Assembly: GCA_051531975.1 (NCBI GenBank)
Contig: JAOPTT010000020.1
Span: 58,042-122,041 of the forward strand
Length of the DNA: 64,000 nucleotides
Origin: Spirochaetaceae bacterium
Lineage (GTDB): Bacteria > Spirochaetota > Spirochaetia > DSM-2461
Reading direction: 5' to 3'
Shown: one piece after another, positions 28,893-38,508 of the stretch
Position numbering within the stretch: position 1 is the first letter of the stretch
How the letters are laid out: each line of letters starts with the position of its first letter
Position numbers and translations under genes: made by a program
Notes under the pieces: generated by a model
The model's input: only the letters and a program-made list of their open reading frames with translations
What the model was told of the DNA's origin: nothing
Database searches by the model: none

Positions 28893-30947
28893 TTAATCTT
28901 TTATTGTTAATTTTTTTGGTACTATGTAATCAAAAAGACTTAAAGCCAACCAACATACAGTTCCTGTTAACCAGGGGATACCACCATTTCCAGCTTTATC
29001 TGGATAATAACCACCATTATAATAATTAACTAATACAAATGGTTCACTTCGAGTTTGCCTAAAATCTTTATACATAGGAAGGGCTCTTTTTAAGAATTCC
29101 ATACCTTCTTCATTTCGGTTTGCCTGTAATAAGGCATATACGCCATACAGTGATGCATGGTTATATACAGCAAAATTTTCAGCTAATCCAGGTGCAAGGG
29201 CGGATAAATTTCCAACAGCTTCTTCAGGTTCTACAAAACCAGGATCACATATCATCAGTCCGTTTGGTGTTGCTAGTTTTTTAACCATATTATCCATAGC
29301 AATTTTAGCTTTGACCGGATCTCTTTTATCCATACCTGAAATTGTAAACCAGGCCTGTGGTAGTAAAAAGATTCTATCTTCCATACCAATCTTTTCGCCT
29401 TTTTCAGTTATTCCACGACCAAACCATTCTCCAGTCCAGTAGACCATTACACCGTCATATAGTTTATCTTTTAACTTTTCTATGTTTAATCCATGAGTCT
29501 CATCGGTTCTAATATCAAGAATTGCAAGTTTATCTAAGGCATAGTATGCAAATTGGTTTAACCAAACACTTCCACCTTTTAAACCTAATCCTGAAAGTGC
29601 ATCATTCCAATCCCCAATTCCCATATCAACTAAACCATGTTCTCCAATTTGAAGACAATAATTTATACCTCTAACACAGTGTTCGTATACAGTGGCTTTT
29701 TCTTCAGATTGAAAGAATTGAACATTCTCTTTTAAAATAGATTCATCACCTGTGTTTAAAATGTATCTTTCAACTGCTATAGGTAACCAGAAGGCTAAAT
29801 CTCTAAAATCCCTTTCATCATTAAATCCTCCACCAGTATTCCACTGTCTTAGACATCGTCCATTATCAAATTGTTTTGTACACATAGTTAAAATGATCTC
29901 TTTTGCACCATTTTGATTAAAATAGCTAAGACTCATAGCATCCTGTGCAACGTCTCGGAACCCTCTAAATGGAATTCTAACTAAACCCTCTGATTGCTGA
30001 TAAATTTGATAGGGGAAAAATGTTTTAAGATAATTTTTTAATATACTATCCTCAAGGTTTTCAAAAGCAGGCTTGAAAACCTTCTTTTGCCAACTCTTTT
30101 GTACAACTTCAAACTCCTCTTTTACCTGGGTTACTGTTGGGAATTCCCTTTTTATTTTATCTATGTTTTTTTCATCAGTACCTAAAAATATAACTAACTC
30201 TCTGCATTCCCCTGGTTGTAGGGTTAAATCAAATTGGTAAGCTCCAATATATGGATCTCCACCACTTGTTGAATTCTTTAATTGTCCATTTAATACATTT
30301 TCTGGTCGTCTCATAGATCCATTTCCCCTAAATGAAAACAGACTAGCATCGTATGATGTTGGTTTATCAATAGATGTAAAAAAACCAGTAATAGTATCTG
30401 CATCACCCTGAAGTTTTCGAAAAACTAAAGAGTTTGTAGAATTATCATAGCTCGAGTTTGTGAACCATGAATAATAGACAGGATCAACTCCAAAAGTATC
30501 ATATAATAGAAACTCAACTTCAGGAGTAACAGAAATATTTTTAACAACGTTAGAATTATTTAAAACTTTTATTAAACCAATCTCATATGTACCATCAGAT
30601 GGTAAAAAAATAGTATGGCTAACATTTATTCCATTTTTGGAAGAATCAAACTTAGTATATCCCGGGGCATGAATGCATTTATACTCATCTAAACAGACTT
30701 CAGAAGGGTAGAAGGATGGACTCCATACTGTGTCACTATCCTTTATATATAAAAACCTTCCTTTATTGGGAGTATAAAAATCGTAGTTTGTAACTACTGT
30801 TCTTGGTTCCTCAATTGTTGTTGAATATGCATCACCTAAATGAGATATTTTAATTCCATAACTTGGATTTGATAAAAAGTTATACCAACTTCTTAGTTCC
30901 TGAGGTTCTGTTAACTCAAAATGTGTATCTGTTAGTTTCCAGCTCAT
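28893..30947 (-). CDS. GH94 glycoside phosphorylase (divergent; specificity unknown)
   Basis: GFRDVAQD, GDWNDA (catalytic Asp), ENFAVYNH, PWLTGT. Confidence 0.88.
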   Translation of the reverse strand: MSWKLTDTHFELTEPQELRSWYNFLSNPSYGIKISHLGDAYSTTIEEPRTVVTNYDFYTPNKGRFLYIKDSDTVWSPSFYPSEVCLDEYKCIHAPGYTKFDSSKNGINVSHTIFLPSDGTYEIGLIKVLNNSNVVKNISVTPEVEFLLYDTFGVDPVYYSWFTNSSYDNSTNSLVFRKLQGDADTITGFFTSIDKPTSYDASLFSFRGNGSMRRPENVLNGQLKNSTSGGDPYIGAYQFDLTLQPGECRELVIFLGTDEKNIDKIKREFPTVTQVKEEFEVVQKSWQKKVFKPAFENLEDSILKNYLKTFFPYQIYQQSEGLVRIPFRGFRDVAQDAMSLSYFNQNGAKEIILTMCTKQFDNGRCLRQWNTGGGFNDERDFRDLAFWLPIAVERYILNTGDESILKENVQFFQSEEKATVYEHCVRGINYCLQIGEHGLVDMGIGDWNDALSGLGLKGGSVWLNQFAYYALDKLAILDIRTDETHGLNIEKLKDKLYDGVMVYWTGEWFGRGITEKGEKIGMEDRIFLLPQAWFTISGMDKRDPVKAKIAMDNMVKKLATPNGLMICDPGFVEPEEAVGNLSALAPGLAENFAVYNHASLYGVYALLQANRNEEGMEFLKRALPMYKDFRQTRSEPFVLVNYYNGGYYPDKAGNGGIPWLTGTVCWLALSLFDYIVPKKLTIKD

Positions 30948-31170
30948 TTATATACTCCTATTAACTCAATTTAATATATTATTATCCGGTTTTATCTAAA
31001 AAGCAATTAGGTTTGTATTGTTTTTAATACTAATCTAAAAGTTTTTTTATTATATATTGTTTTTATTATTTAATAAAGTGATTTTTTGGATTATGTTTTT
31101 ACGATAAAACTCCGATTTAAAATGCTTCTAGCCACTCTATACCCCTTTTAAAGTTTTTTCTAATAAGTTC

Positions 31171-31199
31171 TTGACAGACAGGGTAAACAGGAGTAAATT
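31171..31199 (+). promoter_or_regulatory. sigma70 promoter of the ROK-ABC operon
   Basis: TTGACA-N17-TAAATT. Confidence 0.7.
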
Positions 31200-31202
31200 G
31201 AT

Positions 31203-31225
31203 GTTAGTTAAGTTAACTTACTAAC
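31203..31225. promoter_or_regulatory. ROK/XylR-type operator palindrome at the predicted transcription start
   Basis: GTTAGT-N11-ACTAAC with inner TAAGTTAACTTA palindrome. Confidence 0.7.
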
Positions 31226-31250
31226 TTAACCAAGTAGGTAAGGAGTTAAA

Positions 31251-32408
31251 TTGAAAGCATCAAACAAGAGTTTTCAGAGACAACACAACCTTGCCCTTGT
31301 AGCAAGAAGTATTTGGAAGAGCGAAGGGATTAGTCGGGTAGATATATCTAAGGATATTCAATTAGATAAAACATCAGTATCAAGTATTGTTTCTATCTTA
31401 TTGGAAAATGAATTAGTAGAGGTTGCAAATATTGGAGATTCGATGCCTAAGGGTGGAAGAAAACCAATAAACCTAAAAATAGATACTGATTTTGGTCATG
31501 TTCTTGGTCTAAATATTCAACCTGATAAATGTAAGTTAGCAATTCTTGGTTTAGATGGTTCTTTACTGTTTAAAGAAGAGATTATTATTCGAGAAGATTT
31601 AACATTAGAGACAATTATTGATCTTGCGATGTTAAAGATTGAATCTGAGTTTAAGTCAGATATAAAGATATTAGGTTGTACTTTAGGGCTACCAGGTACA
31701 ATTGATACTACAACTGGTTCGGTAATCAATTCCGATCCATTTAAAATAAAAAATAGGGATATTGGTGCAGATTTAAAACTTAAGTACTTATTCCCTTTTT
31801 TAATAGAAAACGATGCAAACTGCTGTGCATGGGCTGAGATTTTTTTCAATAAAGAGAAAAATGGGAATTTTCTTTTCCTATTAGGAGAATTAAACAAGCA
31901 CTATCTTGTTCATAATATAGAAGTTGGTATTGGTTTTGGTATGGGTGTAGTAATTGATAATAAAGTTTACCACGGTTTTAATAACCAATCCGGTGAGTTT
32001 AAAAGTCTTTTCTGGCGAAGTAAAGATGATTATCAGTTTGGCTCAGATAAAGCTAAGCGATCTTTTGGTAGGTTGCAAGGTGTATTAACAGATGAAGTAT
32101 TGGAGGAGTTATTATTAAACTTTACTCCTATTATTTCTGTTTTAAACCCAGAGAGGGTTGTTATAGGTGGAGATATTCAAAGGTATACAAATAGAATCAA
32201 TCAGATGATTGATACTGAGTATACCGATAGATATTTTTCACAAAAGTTTTCAAATTGTAAGTTTGTTGCCTCTAGTTTTGGAGAATACGATGTTGCAGTT
32301 GGAGCTGCTTGTATGTTTTTGGAGAAGTTATTTAGACTTCCAGAGATATCAGAAGCAGATAATATACGAAATATTAGTTGGGAAAATCTTTTTTCTGACT
32401 TTATTTGA
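31251..32408 (+). CDS. ROK-family transcriptional repressor
   Basis: ISRVDISKDIQLDKTSVSSIV HTH, GGRKP, LPG, IENDAN, VAVGAA; TTG start after AAGGAG. Confidence 0.9.
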   Translation: MKASNKSFQRQHNLALVARSIWKSEGISRVDISKDIQLDKTSVSSIVSILLENELVEVANIGDSMPKGGRKPINLKIDTDFGHVLGLNIQPDKCKLAILGLDGSLLFKEEIIIREDLTLETIIDLAMLKIESEFKSDIKILGCTLGLPGTIDTTTGSVINSDPFKIKNRDIGADLKLKYLFPFLIENDANCCAWAEIFFNKEKNGNFLFLLGELNKHYLVHNIEVGIGFGMGVVIDNKVYHGFNNQSGEFKSLFWRSKDDYQFGSDKAKRSFGRLQGVLTDEVLEELLLNFTPIISVLNPERVVIGGDIQRYTNRINQMIDTEYTDRYFSQKFSNCKFVASSFGEYDVAVGAACMFLEKLFRLPEISEADNIRNISWENLFSDFI

Positions 32409-32428
32409 TAATTAAATGGAGGAATTTA

Positions 32429-33694
32429 ATGAAAATTCGAAATGTTGTTTTAATGTTAATGGTTGCTTTATTAGCAGTTGGAAGTGTATTTGCTGGTAGT
32501 AATGAAGAAGCTCCTGCAGAGAAAGTAAAATTAGTTGTTCTTGGTTATGGTGACGCAAGTACTCCTGATGGAAAAATGTTTGTAGAAAATATTGAGAACT
32601 ACATGGCTGCTAACCCTGAAGTAGAAATTGAGTGGGATATGCAGTATGACGAACTATATCACCAAAAATTACAGGCTACTTTAGCTGGTGGTGAGCAATT
32701 AGATATGGCATATATGTGGAATGGTGGTTCAAGACATCAACCAGTTATGGATGCACAACAAGAAATTGATCAATTACAATTTGTTGACGCTTCTTTATTC
32801 CATGACGGTGCTTTAGCTGGTGGTGGTAAAAATGGTGAGTTATTTTCAATTCCAAATGCAAAACAAGCACATACTGTTATGTATTCAAACGATGATTTAT
32901 TAGCTGAATTAGGTTTAGAAATTGCAACAACTTACGAAGAGTTATTAGCTCAAAGTGAAATTGCACAAGCTAACGGTATTTCAGCTCTTGCATATCCTGG
33001 TGCTACAGCTTGGTGTCACAATACTTTTGTATACTCAGTATTAGTTGGAAGATTTGGTGGTGCTCAGCATGCTAAAGATTTAATTGCTAAAAAAGCTAAG
33101 TTTACAGATGCTCCTTCAGTTAAGGCATTTGAGTTTATTAAAAAAATGTTTGACGACGGTGTTGTTACAGAAGATACTTTACAAGCAGACTACGGTGTTT
33201 CTTTAGCACAGTTTAACAATAACGAAGCATTATATATGATTGATGGTGGTTGGAGAGCTGCACAGGTTACTTTAACTAACTTTACATGGAATCAGTTTAT
33301 TGCTGTACCAGGTGAAATTGCTGCTGGTTCTGGTAACGGTGGATACTCTGCTGGTTACGCTGTAATGAAATCTGCAACTGTAGATCCTGCAAGAAAAGCT
33401 GCTGTAACTAAGTTAATTCAGTATATGTCTGGTGAAGAAGCTTCTTTAGTTAGAGCTAGACTTTCTGGTGCTGTACCTTCATTTAAAGTGAAAGGTGATA
33501 TTGTTTACAAAGTTGGTACTGAACCTTCTGCATCGTATATCGCTGGTTTAAGTTCAATTACTGACACAGTTGGTGATTATATCGATGGTACTACTACTTC
33601 TACATTTAGTGATGGTATTATTGAAATATGGTTAGGTTCAATTACTCCTCAAGAATTAGCTGATAAAACTCAGAAAGTTTACGACGAGAACTAG
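32429..33694 (+). CDS. carbohydrate ABC transporter substrate-binding protein (CUT1)
   Basis: Signal peptide ending VFAG, NPEVEIEW, YSNDDLL, ALYMIDGGW; ATG after GGAGG. Confidence 0.9.
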   Translation: MKIRNVVLMLMVALLAVGSVFAGSNEEAPAEKVKLVVLGYGDASTPDGKMFVENIENYMAANPEVEIEWDMQYDELYHQKLQATLAGGEQLDMAYMWNGGSRHQPVMDAQQEIDQLQFVDASLFHDGALAGGGKNGELFSIPNAKQAHTVMYSNDDLLAELGLEIATTYEELLAQSEIAQANGISALAYPGATAWCHNTFVYSVLVGRFGGAQHAKDLIAKKAKFTDAPSVKAFEFIKKMFDDGVVTEDTLQADYGVSLAQFNNNEALYMIDGGWRAAQVTLTNFTWNQFIAVPGEIAAGSGNGGYSAGYAVMKSATVDPARKAAVTKLIQYMSGEEASLVRARLSGAVPSFKVKGDIVYKVGTEPSASYIAGLSSITDTVGDYIDGTTTSTFSDGIIEIWLGSITPQELADKTQKVYDEN

Positions 33695-33717
33695 AAATAA
33701 CTAATTTTAATTAACAT

Positions 33718-33755
33718 AAGAAGTACAAGGGTCATACTTTGTACTTCTTTTTTTT
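33718..33755 (+). terminator. intercistronic stem-loop with U-tract after the SBP gene
   Basis: AAGAAGTACAAG...CTTTGTACTTCTT followed by a T run. Confidence 0.7.
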
Positions 33756-33769
33756 CATGGGAGGGTAGA

Positions 33770-34684
33770 GTGAAAAACAAATTACGTAAAAGAGGGGATC
33801 TGTTATTTTATATAGCCATGGTTGCACCATGTATGATTCTTTATATAGCGATTATTGCCGGTCCGATTGTGGCAAGTTTAGGTTTTGCTTTTACTAATAA
33901 TGACTTTAGACCAAATCAGGAATGGGGTTTTATAGGGTTTGCTAACTTTATAAAAATATTCTCTGATCCTGTCTTTTGGTTAGGATTTAAAAACAACATG
34001 TTAGTTGTTGCTTTATCTGTATTTGGTCAGATACCATTAGGTCTTTTATTAGCATATTTCCTTTTTAGAAATATGGTAAAAGCACCATCGTTTTTCCAAG
34101 CAATGGTTTTTATGCCACAGGTTATATCAACAGTAGTTATTGGTCGAATATTCCAAAGCTTTTTTGATATTCGTGGGGCAGCAACAGGGTTAATGCGACT
34201 AATTACCGCCGATCCAAAGTTTACATTTAAATGGTTTATTTCTGATAATCAAGCAATGGTTCCAATTCTAATCGGTATGTTATTTATTTATACTGGTTTT
34301 TATATGTTAATGTTTTTAGCTAATATGCAAAAACTAGACAGTGGAATTGTAGAAGCAGCTTCTATTGATGGTGCATCTGAAATGCAGATTTTTGCAAGAA
34401 TAATTGCTCCTGCTTTATCAGGGATTATTATAATAAATGCAATATTAGCAATTGCCGGTTCATTAAAGAGTTTTGACTTAATTTATGCAATGGCTCCAAA
34501 CGATGGAAAGGGACTTGGTAATAAAAATATTGTATTAGCAACATATATGTACCATAACGGTTTTAAAACATATAAAATGGCATTTGGTAGTGCGGTATCT
34601 GTTATTATCGTTGCAATTAGTATGCTATTGATTGCTGTATCAAGCTGGGCTGGTAAAAAGCTAGACCCATTACAGGAGGGGTAA
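33770..34684 (+). CDS. carbohydrate ABC transporter permease
   Basis: FIGFANF, EAASIDGAS EAA loop, multiple TMs. Confidence 0.93.
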   Translation: MKNKLRKRGDLLFYIAMVAPCMILYIAIIAGPIVASLGFAFTNNDFRPNQEWGFIGFANFIKIFSDPVFWLGFKNNMLVVALSVFGQIPLGLLLAYFLFRNMVKAPSFFQAMVFMPQVISTVVIGRIFQSFFDIRGAATGLMRLITADPKFTFKWFISDNQAMVPILIGMLFIYTGFYMLMFLANMQKLDSGIVEAASIDGASEMQIFARIIAPALSGIIIINAILAIAGSLKSFDLIYAMAPNDGKGLGNKNIVLATYMYHNGFKTYKMAFGSAVSVIIVAISMLLIAVSSWAGKKLDPLQEG

Positions 34685-34685
34685 G

Positions 34686-35540
34686 ATGGATAGTACAAAC
34701 TCAATAAACAAACATACTCCATTAGGAAAATTAGTGGTATATGCTCTTTTTATATCATTTGTGATTTTTACAACTTATCCACTATTTTGGCTTGGTTATT
34801 CGTCAATAAAAACAAAAAGTGAGATTCAGAACGATCCTTTAGCTTTCGCAGAAGTACCACAATGGGGTAACTTTTCTGAGGCTTGGGAAGTAGGTAATAT
34901 TGGTACAGGTTATATGAACTCGACAATATACTTAGTTTTTACTCTAATTATCGTTTTAATAGCTTCAATGATGGCTGCATATGTATTTGCGAAATCACCA
35001 TTTAAAAAACTCACAAAGGTATTAAAAGCAGCGGTAGGTTTAGGTATTCTTATATCTACCCACTCTATAATGATACCTCTGTTTTTAATGTTAAAAACAT
35101 TTGGTTTAACTGGATCTAATGCACGGCTTGGGATAATTTTAACTTACTCTGCAGTTGCATTACCAATGGCCGTATTTATAGCTGCGGATTTTATTAAAGG
35201 TCTTCCTGACTCCTTAGTTGAATCGGCTGAAATAGATGGTTGTGGGAGATTTCAGGCATTTATACAGATTATATTACCAATGACTAAACCTGTAATGGCA
35301 ACAATTGCTATTATTACAGCACTTGGAACATGGAATGAGTTCTTATTAGGTTTTATTTTATCTAATAGACATACAAAAGCTTTACCCCCAACTATTATTG
35401 CTTTTGCAAATCCTAGAACTCCAGAGTACCACTTGCAGATGGCAGGTTTAGTAATTTCAATTATACCTATGATTGTTTTATATGCTATTTTTAATAAAAG
35501 TATTACAAAAGGTGTAGTTGGTGGTGCTATAAAAGGTTAA
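34686..35540 (+). CDS. carbohydrate ABC transporter permease
   Basis: ESAEIDGC, ILPMTKP, WNEF, C-terminal GAIKG. Confidence 0.93.
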   Translation: MDSTNSINKHTPLGKLVVYALFISFVIFTTYPLFWLGYSSIKTKSEIQNDPLAFAEVPQWGNFSEAWEVGNIGTGYMNSTIYLVFTLIIVLIASMMAAYVFAKSPFKKLTKVLKAAVGLGILISTHSIMIPLFLMLKTFGLTGSNARLGIILTYSAVALPMAVFIAADFIKGLPDSLVESAEIDGCGRFQAFIQIILPMTKPVMATIAIITALGTWNEFLLGFILSNRHTKALPPTIIAFANPRTPEYHLQMAGLVISIIPMIVLYAIFNKSITKGVVGGAIKG

Positions 35541-35576
35541 TTTTACCTTAACAAAATATTTTTTCTATACTCCTCT

Positions 35577-35601
35577 GGCTACAGTTATACTGTAGCCTTT
35601 T
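35577..35601 (+). terminator. intrinsic terminator of the ABC operon
   Basis: GGCTACAGT-TAT-ACTGTAGCC-TTTT. Confidence 0.75.
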
Positions 35602-35733
35602 CTTATTATAAATGAAATTATTTCTTGTAGATATCTTGAAAAGCTTCTTAATTATTAGTAAAGTTACTTAAGTATATTTTAAGGCCGGTATAACTAAGGT
35701 TATAACTTGCCAATGAAACCTAGGGGGAGCGTT

Positions 35734-37389
35734 ATGGACTTTACTAAGTATAAGAAGTATCCGCCAGTTAATCTGGATAATAGAGAGTGGCCAACAAAAA
35801 TTTTGGACAAAGCTCCTCTCTGGTGTAGTGTCGATTTAAGAGATGGTAATCAATCTTTACCTATACCGATGAGTATTAACGAAAAAGTTGAGTATTTTAA
35901 ACTCCTAGTAGAAATGGGATTTAAAGAGATTGAAGTAGGTTTCCCATCTGCATCAGAAACAGAATTTAACTTTGTACGTCGTTTAGTAGATGAAAAATTA
36001 ATACCAGATGATGTAAACATTCAAATATTAACCCAATGTCGAGAGCATTTAATAAAAAGATCTTTTGAAGCTTTAGAGGGTGTTAAAAATATAATTATTC
36101 ATTTTTATAACTCTACATCTAAACTTCAAAGAGATGTTGTTTTTAATAAAAGTCGAAAACAGATAACTGAGATTGCAGTTGCCGGGGCAAAACTTATTAA
36201 AAAAATAGCTGGGGATTTTAAAGGTAATGTTCGTTTCGAATACTCTCCAGAGAGTTTTACTGGAACAGAGTTAGATTATGCTTTAGAAATTTGCGAAGCA
36301 GTTATGGATGTTATAAAACCAACAGTTAATAATAGACTTATTTTAAATTTACCTGGAACTGTAGAGATGTCTACACCTAATATTCATGCTGACCAGATTG
36401 AGTGGTTTTGTAAAAATGTTAAAGATAGAGATAAAGTTCTAATTAGTTTACATGCTCATAACGATAGAGGTACAGCTACTGCAGCCACAGAACTTGGTGT
36501 TTTAGCAGGTGCAGATAGGGTAGAGGGAACTCTTTTTGGAAATGGAGAAAGAACTGGTAATGTTGACTTAGTAAATGTTGGTATGAATTTATATACTCAA
36601 GGTATTGATCCTGGGTTAAATTTTTCTAATATAGATAAAATTATTGAGATATACACAAGATGTACAAGAATGACTATTGCACCAAGACATCCCTGGGCTG
36701 GTAATTTAGTATATACAGCTTTTTCTGGCTCCCATCAGGATGCTATTAGAAAAGGACTTGAGGCACATAATAAATCTGGTAATCATGTCTGGGAAGTACC
36801 ATATCTGCCTATAGACCCATCGGATCTTAATAGAGTTTACGAAGAGATAATAAGAATTAATTCTCAATCAGGTAAAGGTGGTGTAGCATTTGTTTTAGAA
36901 AATAGTTATGGCTACAAACTACCCAAAACTATGCATCCTGAGTTTAGTAGGATCATACAGAAAATTACCGATGAAACAGGTAGTGAATTATCACCAGAAA
37001 ACATATTAAATTCTTTTAATAAAGAATATTTATATGTAGATTCTCCATACTCTTTATTGGATTATACAATAACTACTAGTAGTAAAGAGACAACAATATC
37101 AGCTGAAGTAACAGATGGTGATAATACATTCAAAGTAACTGGAAATGGAAATGGACCTATAGACAGCTTTTTTAATGGAATTATTCCTATAACAGGGAAA
37201 GATCTTAAGTTTCATGACTATTCTGAGCACTCATTATCTGAAGGTGCTGATTCTAAAGCAGTTGCATATATTGGAGTTGTTACTGGTACTGGAGATATTG
37301 TATATGGAGTTGGAATCGATTCAAGTATAAATACAGCATCAATAAAAGCACTACTTTGTGCATTAAATAGAGTAAAAAGAGGAGAATAA
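35734..37389 (+). CDS. leuA: 2-isopropylmalate synthase (yeast/actinobacterial-type LeuA)
   Basis: WCSVDLRDGNQ, EVGFPSAS, EYSPESF, HAHNDRG, INSQSGKGG; ATG after GGGGGAG. Confidence 0.96.
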   Translation: MDFTKYKKYPPVNLDNREWPTKILDKAPLWCSVDLRDGNQSLPIPMSINEKVEYFKLLVEMGFKEIEVGFPSASETEFNFVRRLVDEKLIPDDVNIQILTQCREHLIKRSFEALEGVKNIIIHFYNSTSKLQRDVVFNKSRKQITEIAVAGAKLIKKIAGDFKGNVRFEYSPESFTGTELDYALEICEAVMDVIKPTVNNRLILNLPGTVEMSTPNIHADQIEWFCKNVKDRDKVLISLHAHNDRGTATAATELGVLAGADRVEGTLFGNGERTGNVDLVNVGMNLYTQGIDPGLNFSNIDKIIEIYTRCTRMTIAPRHPWAGNLVYTAFSGSHQDAIRKGLEAHNKSGNHVWEVPYLPIDPSDLNRVYEEIIRINSQSGKGGVAFVLENSYGYKLPKTMHPEFSRIIQKITDETGSELSPENILNSFNKEYLYVDSPYSLLDYTITTSSKETTISAEVTDGDNTFKVTGNGNGPIDSFFNGIIPITGKDLKFHDYSEHSLSEGADSKAVAYIGVVTGTGDIVYGVGIDSSINTASIKALLCALNRVKRGE

Positions 37390-37390
37390 A

Positions 37391-38458
37391 GTGGCGTATA
37401 ATATTGCAGTTTTACCTGGAGACGGTATTGGTCCAGAAGTAATGGTTCAAGCATTAAGAGTATTAAAAGTTGTAGAAGGCAAATTTGGTTTTACATGTAA
37501 ATTAGAAGAGGGATTAATTGGTGGTGCAGGTTACGATGCTGCTGGACATCCTCTACCAGAAGCTACAAAAGAGATCTGCTTAAGATCAGACGCTGTATTT
37601 TTAGGAAGTATCGGTGGTCCTAAATGGGAAAACCTTGCTCCTGAATTAACACCAGAGTTAGGTGGTTTATTAGCACTTAGAAAACTTCTTAATCTATTTG
37701 CAAATATTAGGCCTGCAGTTATATACGAAGAACTTAAAGAGATGTCACCACTATCATCTAGAATTTTAACAGAAAAAGTAGATTTTGTTACAGTTCGAGA
37801 ATTAGCATATGGTGTATATTTTGGGCAACCAAAAATGTTAGAAGAAAATGAAGCTTTTGATACAATGAGATACACAAAAGAAAATGTTCAGCAGATTGCA
37901 AGAGCTGCATTTGATATTGCGATGAAAAGAGATAAAAAAGTAACATCAGTTGATAAAGCTAATGTACTATCAAGTTCAAAGTTATGGAGACGAGTAGTTG
38001 AGGAAGTTTCAAAAGAATATCCTGAAGTAGCTTTAAATCATCAGTATGTTGATAATGCTGCAATGCAGTTAATGTTAAATCCATTACAGTATGATGTTAT
38101 TTTAACTACAAATCTATTTGGTGATATCTTATCAGATGAATCTGCAGCTATTTGTGGTTCTTTAGGAATGTTACCTTCCGCATCATATGGTGAAAGCATT
38201 AGTTTGTTTGAACCTTCAGGTGGATCAGCTCCAGATATTGCTGGTAAAAACCTTGCAAATCCAATAGCACAGATCTTATCTTTAGCCATGATGTTAGAGT
38301 CTTCATTTAGTGAAGATAAAGCAGCAGAAGCTATAAGAAGTGCAGTTGATAAAGCAGTTACTGGTGGTAAACGAACTGGTGATATTGCTTGTGGTGGACC
38401 ATCTATTTCTACAATTGAAATGGGTGATGTGATCTGTCAGTATATTCAGGAAGCTTAA
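37391..38458 (+). CDS. leuB: 3-isopropylmalate dehydrogenase
   Basis: LPGDGIGPEV, VDKANVL, NLFGDILSDE, GSAPDIAGKNLANP. Confidence 0.96.
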   Translation: MAYNIAVLPGDGIGPEVMVQALRVLKVVEGKFGFTCKLEEGLIGGAGYDAAGHPLPEATKEICLRSDAVFLGSIGGPKWENLAPELTPELGGLLALRKLLNLFANIRPAVIYEELKEMSPLSSRILTEKVDFVTVRELAYGVYFGQPKMLEENEAFDTMRYTKENVQQIARAAFDIAMKRDKKVTSVDKANVLSSSKLWRRVVEEVSKEYPEVALNHQYVDNAAMQLMLNPLQYDVILTTNLFGDILSDESAAICGSLGMLPSASYGESISLFEPSGGSAPDIAGKNLANPIAQILSLAMMLESSFSEDKAAEAIRSAVDKAVTGGKRTGDIACGGPSISTIEMGDVICQYIQEA

Positions 38459-38464
38459 TTATAG

Positions 38465-38487
38465 GATAATCCCTTAGGGGGATTATC
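38465..38487. terminator. hairpin between convergent leuB and HPr genes
   Basis: GATAATCCC-N5-GGGATTATC. Confidence 0.65.
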
Positions 38488-38508
38488 TATATCATTTTAT
38501 TGTTGATT

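Noticed and set aside
35612..35671. 19-aa Leu/Ile/Val-rich ORF upstream of leuA (MKLFLVDILKSFLIISKVT), a possible attenuator leader peptide
   Set aside because: No SD, no tandem Leu codons and no terminator/antiterminator pair downstream; it overlaps the likely leuA promoter (TTGAAA-17-TAAAGT, 35636-35664), and AT-rich DNA gives such residues by chance
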